From: Pecten maximus
Lineage: Eukaryota
NCBI RefSeq assembly: GCF_902652985.1
Contig: NC_047022.1
Coordinates: forward strand, 31,372,001 to 31,436,000
DNA: 64,000 nucleotides
Direction of reading: 5' to 3'
The translations under genes and the position numbers were made by a program. Numbering within the stretch: position 1 is the stretch's first letter; every line of letters begins with the position of its first letter. Below, in pieces: positions 37,669 to 51,151 of this stretch. The notes under the pieces are model-generated. The model was not told where the DNA came from and did not search any database. It was given only the letters and a program-made list of their open reading frames with translations.

Positions 37669-40299
37669 TATTTGAAAAATAAAATTATGGGTATTTGGAT
37701 ACATTTTTTTGTGGGGTGGGGAAAAGTTTTGTCTGGAAGTTTGTTATGGTATAGGTGACTCATCTATACACACCAACGCTACTTATGTCAATATGACCCA
37801 AAAACACGGAGGCATTCAAATTCTTCAAAGATACTGGGGATAAACTTGCAACGTGTCAAAGATATGAGTCAGTTTATTCACTTTTAATCCAAAAACTTTC
37901 AACTTTAGTTTCACCTTGAGGTCATGACCTCTCATTTGTCAGGGCTGTAACCCTATAGTGTAATTGTCAAATGGTTATTAATGGTTTGTATAATTTTGTG
38001 CATGGAGGGAAAAGATCAGATTCTGGTGTTTATCAATTGAAATATTCTAGCCTCAGAAATCGGAACAGTTCACTAGGAAAGTAGGATGAAAAAAAAAGTC
38101 CATAGAATGATGAAGAGTGGTTCTAGCTATTATGGCTGTTTTTTTCTTGGGGCTAAATTAGCTGGCATTTGTACGGTATCACAGCGAGGTGATTGGAAGG
38201 CGAAGAAATTTGCTTTTATATTAAATGTTGCTGTGGTTTGTGCCTGTATGCCTCAAGGATACAAAGCTTTTAATCCTAACACCAATGCTTCCTTCACACC
38301 ACGCTGTTCTCCAGCATCTCTGCCAGTACAAATTTGCACATGTCCTCTTTTCATTCAAATGAGCCACACCATTAGCACGTTTGTCTAATCAGCTCTCTGA
38401 TTCCCAGCTTGGGGAAGATTCAACAGTGATGGAAGGGCAAAGTAGACAGAAATCAAGTCTTGACAAATCAGGGATGCAATTTGGCTGAGCACAGCTTCAG
38501 ACATTTCAGGTTAGGTTAACTACAATCAAGTCTTTATATGTCCTTGGATACTGTTGGTTGTCATGACGACATCTTTACTCCTTACACTGACATAGTAACT
38601 CCTTGAGAGCCACCTTGGAAGTGTAGTTGGTATTCAGACAAGAACTGATATTTTGAAATGATTTGTTACCACTTTTGTGTTATTAAGATTTTAAAAACTT
38701 GCTTTGTTTTAAATTCCTACATCGTGTAATGATGTATTTTATTTGTAGACTCTTGTCAATTTTATATCAAACTATGGTTGTTTGTCAGTAGTTACAAGTA
38801 GGGCTTTGAACAAAAACTTTCCAATCACAGGAAGGTAGAGAAGGGCTTGATACCAGTTTGGTATATGTCTGATAAGTCTTCAATATATAATTTATTCTAA
38901 ATAGAAGTGATTTATAATGGTGGACAAAATAGTTCCTCCACTGGGAATGATATCACTGACTATAACAATGGAAATTTAGTGAATATATAAACAATTCATT
39001 TCCACATTTCTGCACTTTATATGCAAATGTTGTTATGAACTTTATACATGAAGATCAATACAATATATGATTTATATATATATATATATATATGCGCGTG
39101 CAATAAAGAATTGATGATATTGTCACAAACAAAATGCTGTGATTTGTAATCTGAAAACCTTCCAAAAGCCAAGAAAAATTAATCAGTAGTTATAAGATTT
39201 CTGTGTATTTGGTCACTTTTGGACTTTTTCACTTCAATTTAAGAAAACAGTGAGCAGAAGATGCAGCTTGTGTAATTGTGTATGTTTATACCTGATACCG
39301 ACCACCCACTGGTACTGGGTATATTACAGTGGCACCTTTACCACACGATTAGGACCAGAGAAAACATTACAGTACACAGAACAATGCACAATAGATTGCT
39401 GAAAATTAAAAATATTCTCGTTACAATTATGATCTTCATTGAAATACAGAGGCCTGCTACAAGCTGCATATCTCTATGTATATGTTATGATTCATTAAGT
39501 GTGTATCGGACTGGTTATGTAACGTCGGTGACAGCCCCCCTCCCTCTGTGGTGGGTGGTACCGGGTGCAGATTTTTTTATAGTTGTGATTTGCTGATAGA
39601 CACACTCTGACAAGTTGGTTTTGTCTGGGCTACTGTGGGCCTTTGTTTGAGACCATAGATGTATATTGCTGATAAGGTTAGTTCAATGCTGTTCTACCCT
39701 GCTATGAATACAGACCTGTGTACCTTAGGTGACCTTCACCTTTACAGTCATCATGTACATATGATATTACTGCATGGGCTATAGTCTGTTTCCAAAAACT
39801 ACTAAAACACTCGGGTATACACCTGCACCCAACAAACTTATGTATTGTTACCGTTTGAAGGTATTTGAAATGCAAGCACATGGCTTTGGTGTTTATAAAT
39901 AGCTGAAACACAATGCAAATCTATAAAGCAAGTTCTGTTCAGTCACGCATACAGGTAGTGTATACCACAATTAAATATATCAAGTTAAATGAGTAATGTT
40001 AGGTAATGGTACTTGTAAAGACAGCACCCATTGTACACAAAAGAGAGAATAATGGGGCATTGTTTTAAAATTGGATTAATCCAATAGGGGGTGCACAACC
40101 TCAACAACATATATACTGTAGTTTTTATGTGGGTAATATTTTTTCTTGTAATTTATTGCTTGTTCGTGATCAAGACAAAGATATTTTCTGTTGAAGTGAA
40201 ATACTTAATTCGAAGTGTTGTTTCAACATGAGAATGCCATAAAGGCTAAAGTGTTCAATCTTAATTTATAGCCTTCACCATGCTCCAATATAAATTCTC

Positions 40300-40881
40300 A
40301 TTTACCTAGCTCCAACACAAAGTCTCTATTACCTAGCTCCAATACAAAGCCTCTATTACCTAGCTCCAATACAAAGTCTCTATTACCTAGCTCCAAAACA
40401 AAGCCTCTATTACCTTGCTCTAATACAAAGTCTCTATTACCTAGCTCCAATACAAATCCTCTATTACATAGCTCCAAAACAAAGCCTCTATTACCTAGCT
40501 CCAATACAAAGCCTCTATTAACTAGCTCTAATACAAAGCCTCTATTACCTAGCTCTAATACAAAGCCTCTATTACCTAGCTCTAATACAAAGTCTATTAC
40601 CTAGCTCTAATACAAAGTCTCTATTACCTAGCTCTAATACAAAGCCTCTATTACATAGCTCCAATACAAAGCCTCTTTTACCTAGCTCCAATAAAGCCTC
40701 TATTACCTAGCTCTGGTATAAAGCTTCTATTGCCTAGCTCTAATACAAAGTCTCTATTACCTAGCTCTAATACAAAGTCTATTACCTAGCTCCAATACAA
40801 AGCCTCTATTACCTAGCTCTGGTATAAAGCCTCTATTACCTAGCTCTGGTATAAAGCCTCTATTAACTGCTCCAATACAAA
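40300..40881. repeat. Minisatellite, 27-bp unit TATTACCTAGCTCYAATACAAAGCCTC, about 21 copies
   Basis: Direct tandem repetition; 9-aa periodic ORF. Confidence 0.96.
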
Positions 40882-43180
40882 GGGTCCTTTGTTCTGGATA
40901 TAAGGTTGTTAATGAAGGTCATTTGTCTGTTCCCAAGGTCATATGTTGAGATTGTAATCTTTATAGTTAAGACTCAGCTCTAGGATATATTTGTCTAATC
41001 CATGAACATCTTGCTGAAAATTAAGATGATCTTTATTTGATCTTCTTTTTTGTATTTGAAATGCATATAACCAAGCTGTTGGCCCTCTCGTAGGAACAGA
41101 GTGAATTTTACCACCATACTAACCAACTGACCAATGTACTGACCAATGTATTGACCACTGCCAGCAGTGGTATCCCAGGGGCCCCAGTGTTATCCTGCCT
41201 TAGTCTACACAGTTGTTAATTGTTGTTGTAGTACTTGTTGTAGTACGTGCTGGTAGATACACACACATATAAGTAAACATACACCTCCTGTGATTACCCT
41301 CATCATCTTCATGTCAAACTTAATCAGCCATAGCCCTTCACTGTCTGTCTCATAATCTGTATAACCTTTCATATAATGATATTGATATATCTCTATAACC
41401 TTCCATACAATTCCTACAAGTCTCTAACCCATCTTTTCTCAATTTAACAGTCTATTAGTTCAGAACTACATCAAGTTGAGGGGAAATACCACACATTTTT
41501 GTTGTGTTAGCCTTTTTACAAGATCCTAATTTCTGAAGAATAGGAAAGTAAACATAGTGTTGGTATGTTGTTAAAGTCTTTGAATACTTCAGGCACAAAC
41601 TTGACAATTTTTGTGCAATTAAAAAAAGAACAAAAGTGCAGAAGCTTGGAAAATTTTTAAAATTTTTACCGAACCTTTAGTTTGAGATTTCGTCATTACT
41701 GCCATAGCTCTAAACTAAAGGCATTAATATAGCAAAAAATCATAGATAATGCCGTAATTCAGTTCGTTGAGGTCGTTTTGATCATTGATTGGCATGTGCT
41801 TGTAGATGCGTGCTCTGTCTGTAACAATGGGACCAATTAGCGTCATGTGCTGAGGTGCTCGTTACATTGCCAGTAAATGAACAGTAGAAACTGTGTCGTA
41901 TTCTCGAGATAACCTGTGCTTAAAGTTTTTTTTCTCTTTAAAGATTAAACACAATTCAAACAAATTGACCCAAGCTTGGAAGACAATAAGTAACGTTTGG
42001 AGCTGCGTTTTTTATCTTGCAAATTACACACAATTGGTACTAACTACACAAGATATATATTTGTAACCTATGAGTCTCTCCTTGATGTGATGTGGCCTGC
42101 ATTTGTTTAGGTATTTAAATCAGAACAATGACCCCAGGATAATGTTAATTCATACACGGTCAATTAGGTTCAATGTGTAAAACGGAAATAGCTTGGGAAG
42201 TCTACAACATGTAAATGATTTTATATAGACTTGTTTTAAACAAGGTTTGCCAATAAGGGAAGGTGTTCAGGCATGGAGGTCACATGGTTTGGTAATTACT
42301 CTCTGGGGAAACAATAGTGAGGACTTCAGCATTGTCCTTGAATTATCTCTTCAATAATTCAGAATGTTAAGTTAATATTTGTGTCAGTCATGAGGGAAAT
42401 TAAGAACAAAAATACTTGCCTACTGAAAAAGTCCCAAAATTGCTATGTTTTTGGAAGTCTTTTACTTAAAGTTTATGGAGAAGTAGAGTTTGATTTTCAG
42501 GAAGTGTATTCTATGGTCTCAAGAGTTAGGTTACTGCCTCCTTAGACAGACAGCATTCTGTGGATGTAGCATGGTTAATCCAGTCCTATCTTGATAGGTT
42601 TTGTCAAGTGAAATTAGGTTTTGTTGTGCTATGGATCAATTTGTCATTTATTTTGCATGAACTCAGCAGCTAAGAGACAAAAATTGTTAATGTATGTCAC
42701 TTTGGTATCGATGAATTTCTTTATGTCATAACAAGCCTGATAAAACTGGCTGTTATGGGGCCTGCCAGTGGTACCATTGAAGATAGGGCACAGATATGGT
42801 CCCAGTTGATTTACATAATTGAACACGCCTCCATAATTAATGATAACAGAAATTGGTGATTTATCATTGGAGGTGGCATAAACACTAGCTGGTTCTTAGG
42901 GTTACCAGATAACAGGGCAGTAGCCCCCTTATTCAGTACTCAGGGTAGCAAATCAATTAACTTTATGCTATTAGCTAGAAGATATTATTTTCTTCTGTTC
43001 TCAAGTACTTCACAATTGTATGGGTAATTTCTTGGGTTACCAACAGCACCTTTCTAATACACATTTGCAGCATTCTTGACCCATGCTGGTCTCATTTGGC
43101 CTGACTGGTGTTTGGAACCTATTTATCAGCAGGCTGTCTAGTCTAAATAGCCCCAGACAACCTCCTGCTGGGCATCCATT

Positions 43181-44246
43181 ACCTGGGAAAGGTGTTATGA
43201 CTGTCCCTGACCTGGAGAGGGTATTGTGGCTGCCCCTGACCTGGAGAGGGTGTTGTGGCTGCCCCTGACCTGGAGAGGGTATTGTGGCTGCCCCTGGCCT
43301 GGAGAGGGTATTGTGGCTGCCCCTGACCTGGATAGGGTGTTGTGGCTGCCCCTGACCTGGAGAGGGTGTTGTGGCTGTCCATGACCTGGAGAGGGTGTTG
43401 TGGCTGCCCCTGACCTGGAGAGGGTGTTATGGCTGTCCCTGACCTGGAGAGGGTGTTGTGGTTGTCCCTGACCTGGAGAGGGTGTTGTGGCTGCCCCTGA
43501 CCTGGAGAGGGTGTTGTGGCTGTCCCAGACCTGGAGAGGGTGTTGTGGCTGTCCCAGACCTGGAGAGGGTGTTGTGGTTGTCCCTGACCTGGAGAGGGTG
43601 TTGTGACTGTCCCTGACCTGGAGAGGGTGTTGTGGCTGCCCCTGACCTGGAGAGGGTGTTGTGGCTGCCCCTGACCTGGAGAGGGTGTTGTGGCTGCCCC
43701 TGACCTGGACAGGGTGTTGTGGCTGCCCCTGGCCTGGAGAGGGTGTTGTGGCTGCCCCTGACCTGGAGAGGGTGTTGTGACTGCCCCTGACCTGGAGAGG
43801 GTATTGTGGCTGCCCCTGACCTGGAGAGGGTGTTGTGGCTGCCCCTGACCTGGAGAGGGTGTTGTGGCTGCCCCTGGCCTGGAGAGGGTGTTGTGGCTGC
43901 CCCTGACCTGGAGAGGGTGTTGTGGCTGTCCCTGACCCGGAGAGGGTGTTGTGGCTGCCCCTGGCCTGGAGAGGGTGTTGTGGCTGTCCCTGACCTGGAG
44001 AGGGTGTTGTGGCTGTCCCTGACCCGGAGAGGGTGTTGTGGCTGCCCCTGGCCTGGAGAGGGTGTTGTGGCTGTCCCTGACCCGGAGAGGGTGTTGTGGC
44101 TGCCCCTGGCCTGGAGAGGGTGTTGTGGCTGCCCCTGACCTGGAGAGGGTGTTGTGGCTGTCCCTGACCTGGAGAGGGTGTTGTGGCTGCCCCTGACCTG
44201 GAGAGGGTGTTGTTGCTGTCCCTGACCTGGACAGGGTGTTGTTGCC
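43181..44246. repeat. GC-rich minisatellite, 29-bp unit GACCTGGAGAGGGTGTTGTGGCTGCCCCT, about 36 copies
   Basis: Direct tandem repetition; source of the 369-aa and 274-aa ORFs. Confidence 0.98.
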
Positions 44247-47200
44247 TGCACCTCGTGGAGTTTGCACAGCCAAATTAGTTTCTCCCATATTTGGTGTGTG
44301 ATTTAATGATGTTGCTGCTTCATATTAAACAGCCTGACTGAAATTAACAGTGAAATTATACAATCCATTGTAGATTTTGATAGAATTAAAAAAGAAACCA
44401 AGGAGATTGCAGCTGATTCATAATAAAACACTATTTATACAATTAAAAATTGTGGAAGCCATCAATTTTGTGATTATTTGAGACTCCACGACACACTTTA
44501 GTATTGGCGGTAATGGCATTACCACAATCTAATTGCATTTACATTTTACGCAAATGGAACAAAACAAACAGGTATAAAGTTTAATCCAAACATGTTACAT
44601 GCTAATGTCATCAATTGTCCATTCATGTGATTGTCAAGTGTTCTAATTTGCATATACATTGCAGTGCAGTGGACCATGTCTCCAGCTTCTCCAGTGGGAC
44701 CTCATCTATGAGGTTTGTGGTTGAAATGTCCGAAGGTGCATTGACCATGAAATTGTGCCATAATAACTGGCCACAGTTGTTCCCTAGTTAACATGCAATA
44801 TCCTTCACTTCCTCCAAGTGATACAATGTTCCACCCTGATGTGATGGTGGTCTGTCTCATTATCCTGTTGACATGGTGATGGAGGATGCCATTTTCACCC
44901 TTAAATGAGTGTTTAGCCATGATAAATGTCTAGTATAATCCAATCATTAGATTGTTGTCATGTTGAATAAGCTGTATCAGTTATCTGTGTATTCCCAGGT
45001 TCTCGATGACCTTGATTAATTGTAATGTCATGTAAAATCTGTGAATAAGTAGCTGATCATGTACCCTAGTATCAGATTGGATGAAATCTCCTGTGTCACT
45101 TGTTAGAAATGCTGATTCAGCAGTCAAAATGTAGAAGTAAATCTGACTGGAGATCAGATTTAGTCTATGGTATACTCATAGTAATAATGCGAAACGGATA
45201 GTATTTATTGAAAGCAGCATTTTTTTTTTAGAGGTCTCCAACACTGGATAAGGTCGAATGAATTACCTTGGCAGTGTTCAATCAATCCATTGTGATGGCG
45301 TACACCCCCACTTCCCTGGGGTCTAGGCACAAGATGCATTAACGGCTCTGGTACTGTTGTAGCTGCTACCAGCTTCCACATATAATGGACTGGAGCAGTA
45401 TTTATTGAATCACAGCCCAATCGTAGTTTATTTTAAATAGTTGGTAATGGTGGTCAGGGTTTAATAAGTGATGATGCTTGGTCTGGGGTGGGACAATTTT
45501 CACATTTCAAATTGGGTTTAATGTCACAATGTATAACAGGAAGGGGCAAACTGGCCAGGCTTGTGGTTATACAGTAAAGCATTCACGTGATGCTGAGTGC
45601 TGAGTTCCGACCCTGCTTAGTAGACAAGCAAGCATTGCTGCCAGCCTGCGGAAAGCATGGTCTGCTGCGGAAAGCATGGCAGACCAGGCTGGGGTTTTAG
45701 CTGCATTGGAGAGAGAGGAGGTAGTAGTAGTTATTGACTGAGAGTCTGGTAGGACAGATACTCACTTCTCTCAGCTCTACCCATGTTTAAGAGATGTGAA
45801 CATGCTATTAATAGAAAGACTATTGATTGGTCAGAACTATTGGTTAAAAGGAATTATGACCGAAGTGGACAGAATCCTGAAGCCTAGTATATTGTCAGTA
45901 AAACATTTTATTTGTTGGCGATATTGTTATTGAACTTTTCTACCACTATCCTTTCTGTTTCATTTCTATTGATGTCTGGTTTGGTAAAGTGTAAGTTAAG
46001 ATCCTGATTTATTGTACACGAGAATCTGTGTATTTGATGTGACGTCAGCCATGTACTGTTGTTGATCTACTGATGGTTACTGGTTTTCGCTCAGGACAGT
46101 ATATCAATAGGGGTTCATTAAGGCGTCCCTAATGAAGCAGTGAATAGTGTCTGTATTAGGCAATCCACATAGCGTAGGGAATCAGGGCAGAAATTTACTT
46201 ACATGATATTTATAAACTGTAGAGTATATTTATAGTCTATAGAATCGACTGTGGCCCCCTATCTGTAGAATATTGAAATTATAGATAAAGCTGAAATTTA
46301 TCATTTTTATCTTTGATATGTTTAATTCTTTTAAACTAGGGGGAGATAATCTAGTATTAGAATTTAGCTGAGCACTTCATTGCAAAAAAACCCCCAGAAA
46401 AATAACCAAAAAAAACCCTTAAGGGCTGGTGGCTAGTCTAACTAAAGAGTTAAGATTTAACCCAGGATTTTGGAGTCTAGCTTAATTTAGCACACAATTA
46501 CAATGAATATTTAACGGACAGCTAAATGATTTAGCACAATAGTAACAATAAACATGGCATCTACGTCCTTACCGAACCTCCATTATAGCTGTACCTTACC
46601 AAACCTCCATGATAGCTGTACCTTACCGAACCTCCACCTATAAGGCTGTCTGTTGAACCTCTGGGTTTGATTATACAATGGCTCACACCAAGTCTGCATA
46701 TGTGGCTGATATATTTTTACACTATCATAAATACATTCACTGAAAAATGTGTTTCATATGCTTAATTGATATTCACTTTGTCGAAATAGAATTGAAAGAA
46801 CTTAACAATAAGAAAAGTAAGGAGCATGAATGACGATGGTACATAACTGATGTTTCTTGTGTTTCCTGATGTGAGGACTGTGAAGATGTTCTGTAGAGGG
46901 TGCTTTACTGAGAACAGTCCTGTAACAGCTTGAGATGATGATTGTCTTTCAGGAGTTTATGTTAATTGTTTTTTATAGGTTTTAAATCCAATGTAAAGTC
47001 TATAATAGAGAAGTTACTTATGCTGTAAGCAATTTCTTGACTTTTTGTATGTTATAAAAGTTAATTGAAAAATAACTTTGTTCTAATATTTCTTGCCAAA
47101 GCTGTTAAGAGGATTTTTTTCCACAAACAGTGTTATGTTGTAAGATGTATGGAATTGAGAATTTTGTTTGTGGAGCTATATTTACTTTCCTGTGACCAAT

Positions 47201-48140
47201 CTAGTCTTCCTGCCTGGTATATCCATTCTGTTGACAGTCGGAATCTTGTTCCATCACCAGTACATCTTTTCCATAGGTTTGGGAAAATATAATTGAAATT
47301 TTATGGCATAATGTAATTGGTATTCTAGATTAGAAACAGATGATTAAGTTATCCTATGATTAAGTAAGTATTTGGCTGGAAGGAAGAATTTAAGTACAGA
47401 CTATGTTAAGACGAACATCAAACGGGGCCGGATGAAAATGTGCCGACATTAGATCGGTGCATGTTACATTATCCATATTATAACAGGTACTTGTTCTTCT
47501 GTGTTTGATTTAAAACATGCTGGGAAAATTTGTAGGAAAGCAAATTGAATTTAGAATTGGAACTATAGTGAAAAGAATAAAGCATAAAAGTTTTGTTAAG
47601 TGTTTTTCAGAATGTAATAAAATGTGTCTTCACTAGGAAGCAGGTTGATTGTGCCAAGAAGCTGTAAAAATTACAAAATTTAAATTCTTGTTTCCAATGT
47701 GGTCTGATTTACCTGATAGGAAGTATTTAATTGATTGATTTAACACAACTTGATCTTTCCAGGCCATAGTAGCAGATAGAAATAATTTATTTTGCAATCT
47801 ATTAAAATAAGAATTAATTACTTTTGTTTGAATAATGATCAATTACAATGTGATAAAAAATTGATGACCTGCTGAATTTATTTTTCAATTCTGGAAAAAA
47901 AAACCTGAAAATTTTGGATGCTGTAACAGTTTATGTGTGTGGCCAGGTGAAGTTTATTGGTATATGGACATCACTCACCTGTACAGGTACACCTCCTACC
48001 TGTCCAGGATAGCTATTTGACCTAGTTATCTGATTACACAATCTGGACATACCACCTGGTCAGTATTTAGTTATCATGTTCAACTTGTCCATATAAGATA
48101 GATAGTCGCCCTGTAGTCGCCCTGAGGGAGTCACTGTCAA

Positions 48141-48326
48141 GGGACAGACAAAACTAAAGTACACAGGGGACAGACAAAACTATAGTACACAGGGGACAGA
48201 CAAAACTATAGTACACAGGGAACTGACAAAACTATAAACTAGGGACTTATGTATTACAGAGGTACACAGGGAACTGACAAAACTATAAAACTAAAGACTT
48301 GTATTACAGAGGTACACAGGGGACAG
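48141..48326. repeat. Short imperfect tandem repeat, about 26-bp GTACACAGGGGACAGACAAAACTATA, plus a longer duplicated variant
   Basis: 4-5 imperfect copies. Confidence 0.8.
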
Positions 48327-49897
48327 GCATGTATAGGACTGTTGTATTTTAATTACAAAAGGCAGGTAGAGTCACACAAAGACGGTCTGTCCAATTGTAT
48401 TGTTAACCAAACAGTGGTGAAGAAAACTTGACAGGACAGTAAAGTGGGAAATAGACATTTTCACCAATCTAACTCCATACAGTAAATTTAACTTCTTTCT
48501 CAGCAACATGAAAATTTTAGGTGAAATTTATCAAAGAAAACTATTTGAATACAATGATCTAACTGTATTAGTATATTAACAAAGGGACACTTCAGATAAC
48601 AGGTAAAAATAGACACTTTTTATCAATTAGCTTGTTTAAAAAGTACAGATAGATCCATTCATAAATTTCCATTTGCTGATGAATTTTAAACTAATCGATT
48701 ACTTAAGATTTACCTTGTAATAACATATATGTCATTCTAGAGTTGATGGGTTTGTCAAGTCTGCTTGTTTGTGCTTTAGGCTACTGTTGTACTGATATGT
48801 AACTGGTGAATTCTTTCCTTTGTAACGCTTTTGATATTGAATGTGACAGATCTACCAGATATAGGGATGTTTTGGTTAATTTGTACTGATTAAATCAGCT
48901 TTGTTTTCCTGTATGCTTTGCCTATTTCGTTTATTATCATTGTAGTACAATCACTTTAATTTGTGTTGGTCTTTGTTTATGTTCAATGGCGTGAATGTCA
49001 ATGGGCCAGGGTCCATTCCGTTGTAGGATGGGCAATCATGTGTTTATTTGACTTGGTGCTGAATCTATTGGTGTGGAGGTGTTTGACATGGACACTGGTA
49101 CAGCAGCCTGGTTGTTGAACCTGTGGATTTTGTGGTAGACTGATAGTTGACAGTATCAATGCAAAAAGACATATACCTCTCAGGGAAAATGAAAAGCCAT
49201 CTATGAAATGAGAAACAAAAGATTTAGTGGCGTACCTATGTGTCTGTACTGAGGGCGCCATCTAGTATCAGAAGTCATTCACAGAAATGACATATTATTA
49301 CTGCTGACAAACAGTCTCTTAACTAAAGGTTTGGCATTTGGGATCTTGTCTTTATTTGTCATGTTTCAAGATTCAGCTAAGAAGATTTTGATAAAACTGG
49401 TTCCTAGGCATGCATTGATAAATCATTTTTCACTTAACACAATTCAAACATGTATTCATATTCTTAAAACGTGCAAGTGCAATTTGCATATTTCAACAAG
49501 TTTTGGCAGTCAGTACTGTTTTTTGCATGAAGCAAATGGCAGCCTAATTTGCATGTTTCAGTAGATATTGACAGATTTGACATTGGTTCTGTATGTCTAC
49601 TGGTCCCTGGGGCTTTCTGTACTTGTATTGATCTAAGTCGGAGATGCATAAATTCCCATACATGACATCTCCCTGTAGATAGTTTTCCTATAAATTTCTC
49701 TTTCAAATACAAAAGTGCATTAGATTAGTAGATTAGAAGGTAAAAGAAAAGTAAATGAAGGCCAACAACTATTTAAAAATCCTGTCATGTCCAGCTATCA
49801 TTACTTTACAACAGTTGCTTTATTTGTTTTACCAAAAATTCATGTTAAAGAATTAGAACACCTTTAATACAATGTTCCATACTTTCTGTCTTTGCAG

Positions 49898-49946
49898 ATC
49901 GAGGATGCAATGCTTATGTTTGACAAGACAACAAATCGCCACAGAG
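49898..49946 (+). CDS. msi: Musashi-family RNA-binding protein, next coding exon of RRM2; 49 nt, phase 0/1
   Basis: Translates to IEDAMLMFDKTTNRHR+G, matching Musashi (V/I)(D/E)DAMLMFDKTTNRHRG just before RNP1. In frame with exon 12843-12935. Acceptor actttctgtctttgcAG, donor GAG|GTAAGA (49947). Confidence 0.96.
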
Positions 49947-51041
49947 GTAAGACAACGACACCGTGGCCGCATGTTGGACCTGTAGCTGCCTTTCCCTGCA
50001 GATTGATTTCGCTATTTTACTGTCCTATCTGCTAGAGATAGCGATGGAGATAATGTTCACCCAAGTCTGTCATTGACTTGTTATTGTAGACAACTATTGT
50101 TAGGTTTTACTAGAAAAGGTCTGCTGTCCTATGTATAGATCAATATCAAGTAGTGGTATTTATTTATATAAGGTATATAAATACATGCCTTTTTTTTTTG
50201 ATTAATTTTTTCTTTTCAGTTTTACTTTTTATTAGACAGGGGAGGTAACCCTGGCTTAACTATGTAATCCGAGTAGCTTTATTTACCCTGTTTTCTAAGG
50301 TAATGGGCTCACCTTTCAGGTGTAACATTTCTTTCAGCAAGTTTGTTGTAGCACAAAATCTTAGATACATGTGTCATGTAAGCTAGACATTTATTTTCCC
50401 TCAAAGCAATCATGCATGCTCAAATAAGCACTAGTTTCAGTTAGTCAAAACATTCACCTGTGTATTTTAAAAGTACTGTTAGTTGATGTGAACTTTGTGT
50501 TAGTTTCCTGTCCTTTCTACTTGTCCGTTGTTAATTAACCTCTACATGTATAAATGTATAGTTGAAACTGGTGATATAACAGTTCATGTCCATTCAAATA
50601 GGTCTAGCCCTGTTTGTGATGTCTTGGCCAATGTTATTTGGACTGTGATCTGGTGTGATTTGCGTACAGTCAATGTAACTTTGGGTATTCCTGGCAGAGG
50701 TATACAGAGATTTCTAATTGATGGTAGGTCTTCTCATCAGTAAATATACCATTTTGTTTCTGTGGAATCGGTGTTTGTAGCTAAGGCGTTGCTCTTACAC
50801 TTCCGTTCTAGCCATTTGTAGGTAAGGACAGAACTACAAATAGGATAGCCATTTAATTTACAAGTACAGAGAAGTTGTGCTTTTTTCCCCAATTGGTGAA
50901 GTCTAGTGCTGTTTGTTGAGGTTTTTAAGGTCATGTTTATGTGTATTTAAGGAACATCTTCTCATTAGTCAGTCAGGCATTAGCTTGAAATGCACAAGTA
51001 GAACCAAACATATACTTGTAAAATCAATGTACTGTCCGTCT

Positions 51042-51151
51042 GTCTAATTACCTAACCTATAACTAGAGATCAAGTTCAGTCTAATTACCTAACCTATAAC
51101 TAGAGATCAAGTTCAGTCTAATTACCTAACCTATAACTAGAGATCAAGTTC
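51042..51151. repeat. 3 copies of 37-bp GTCTAATTACCTAACCTATAACTAGAGATCAAGTTCA
   Basis: Near-exact triplication. Confidence 0.93.

Larger units (their letters stand above)
12936..49897 (+). other. msi: 36,962-nt phase-0 GT-AG intron of the Musashi gene
   Basis: Bounded by the two exons, whose peptides are contiguous in Musashi (...FGK|IEDAML...). Confidence 0.9.

Noticed and set aside
43179-44288. 369-aa and 274-aa minus-strand ORFs resembling repetitive or mucin-like proteins
   Set aside because: Translation of a 29-bp unit (not a multiple of 3); the same peptide cycles through several frames; no unique domain.
45138-45162. 9-bp perfect hairpin TAAATCTGA/TCAGATTTA
   Set aside because: Too short for a pre-miRNA or other structured RNA; expected by chance.
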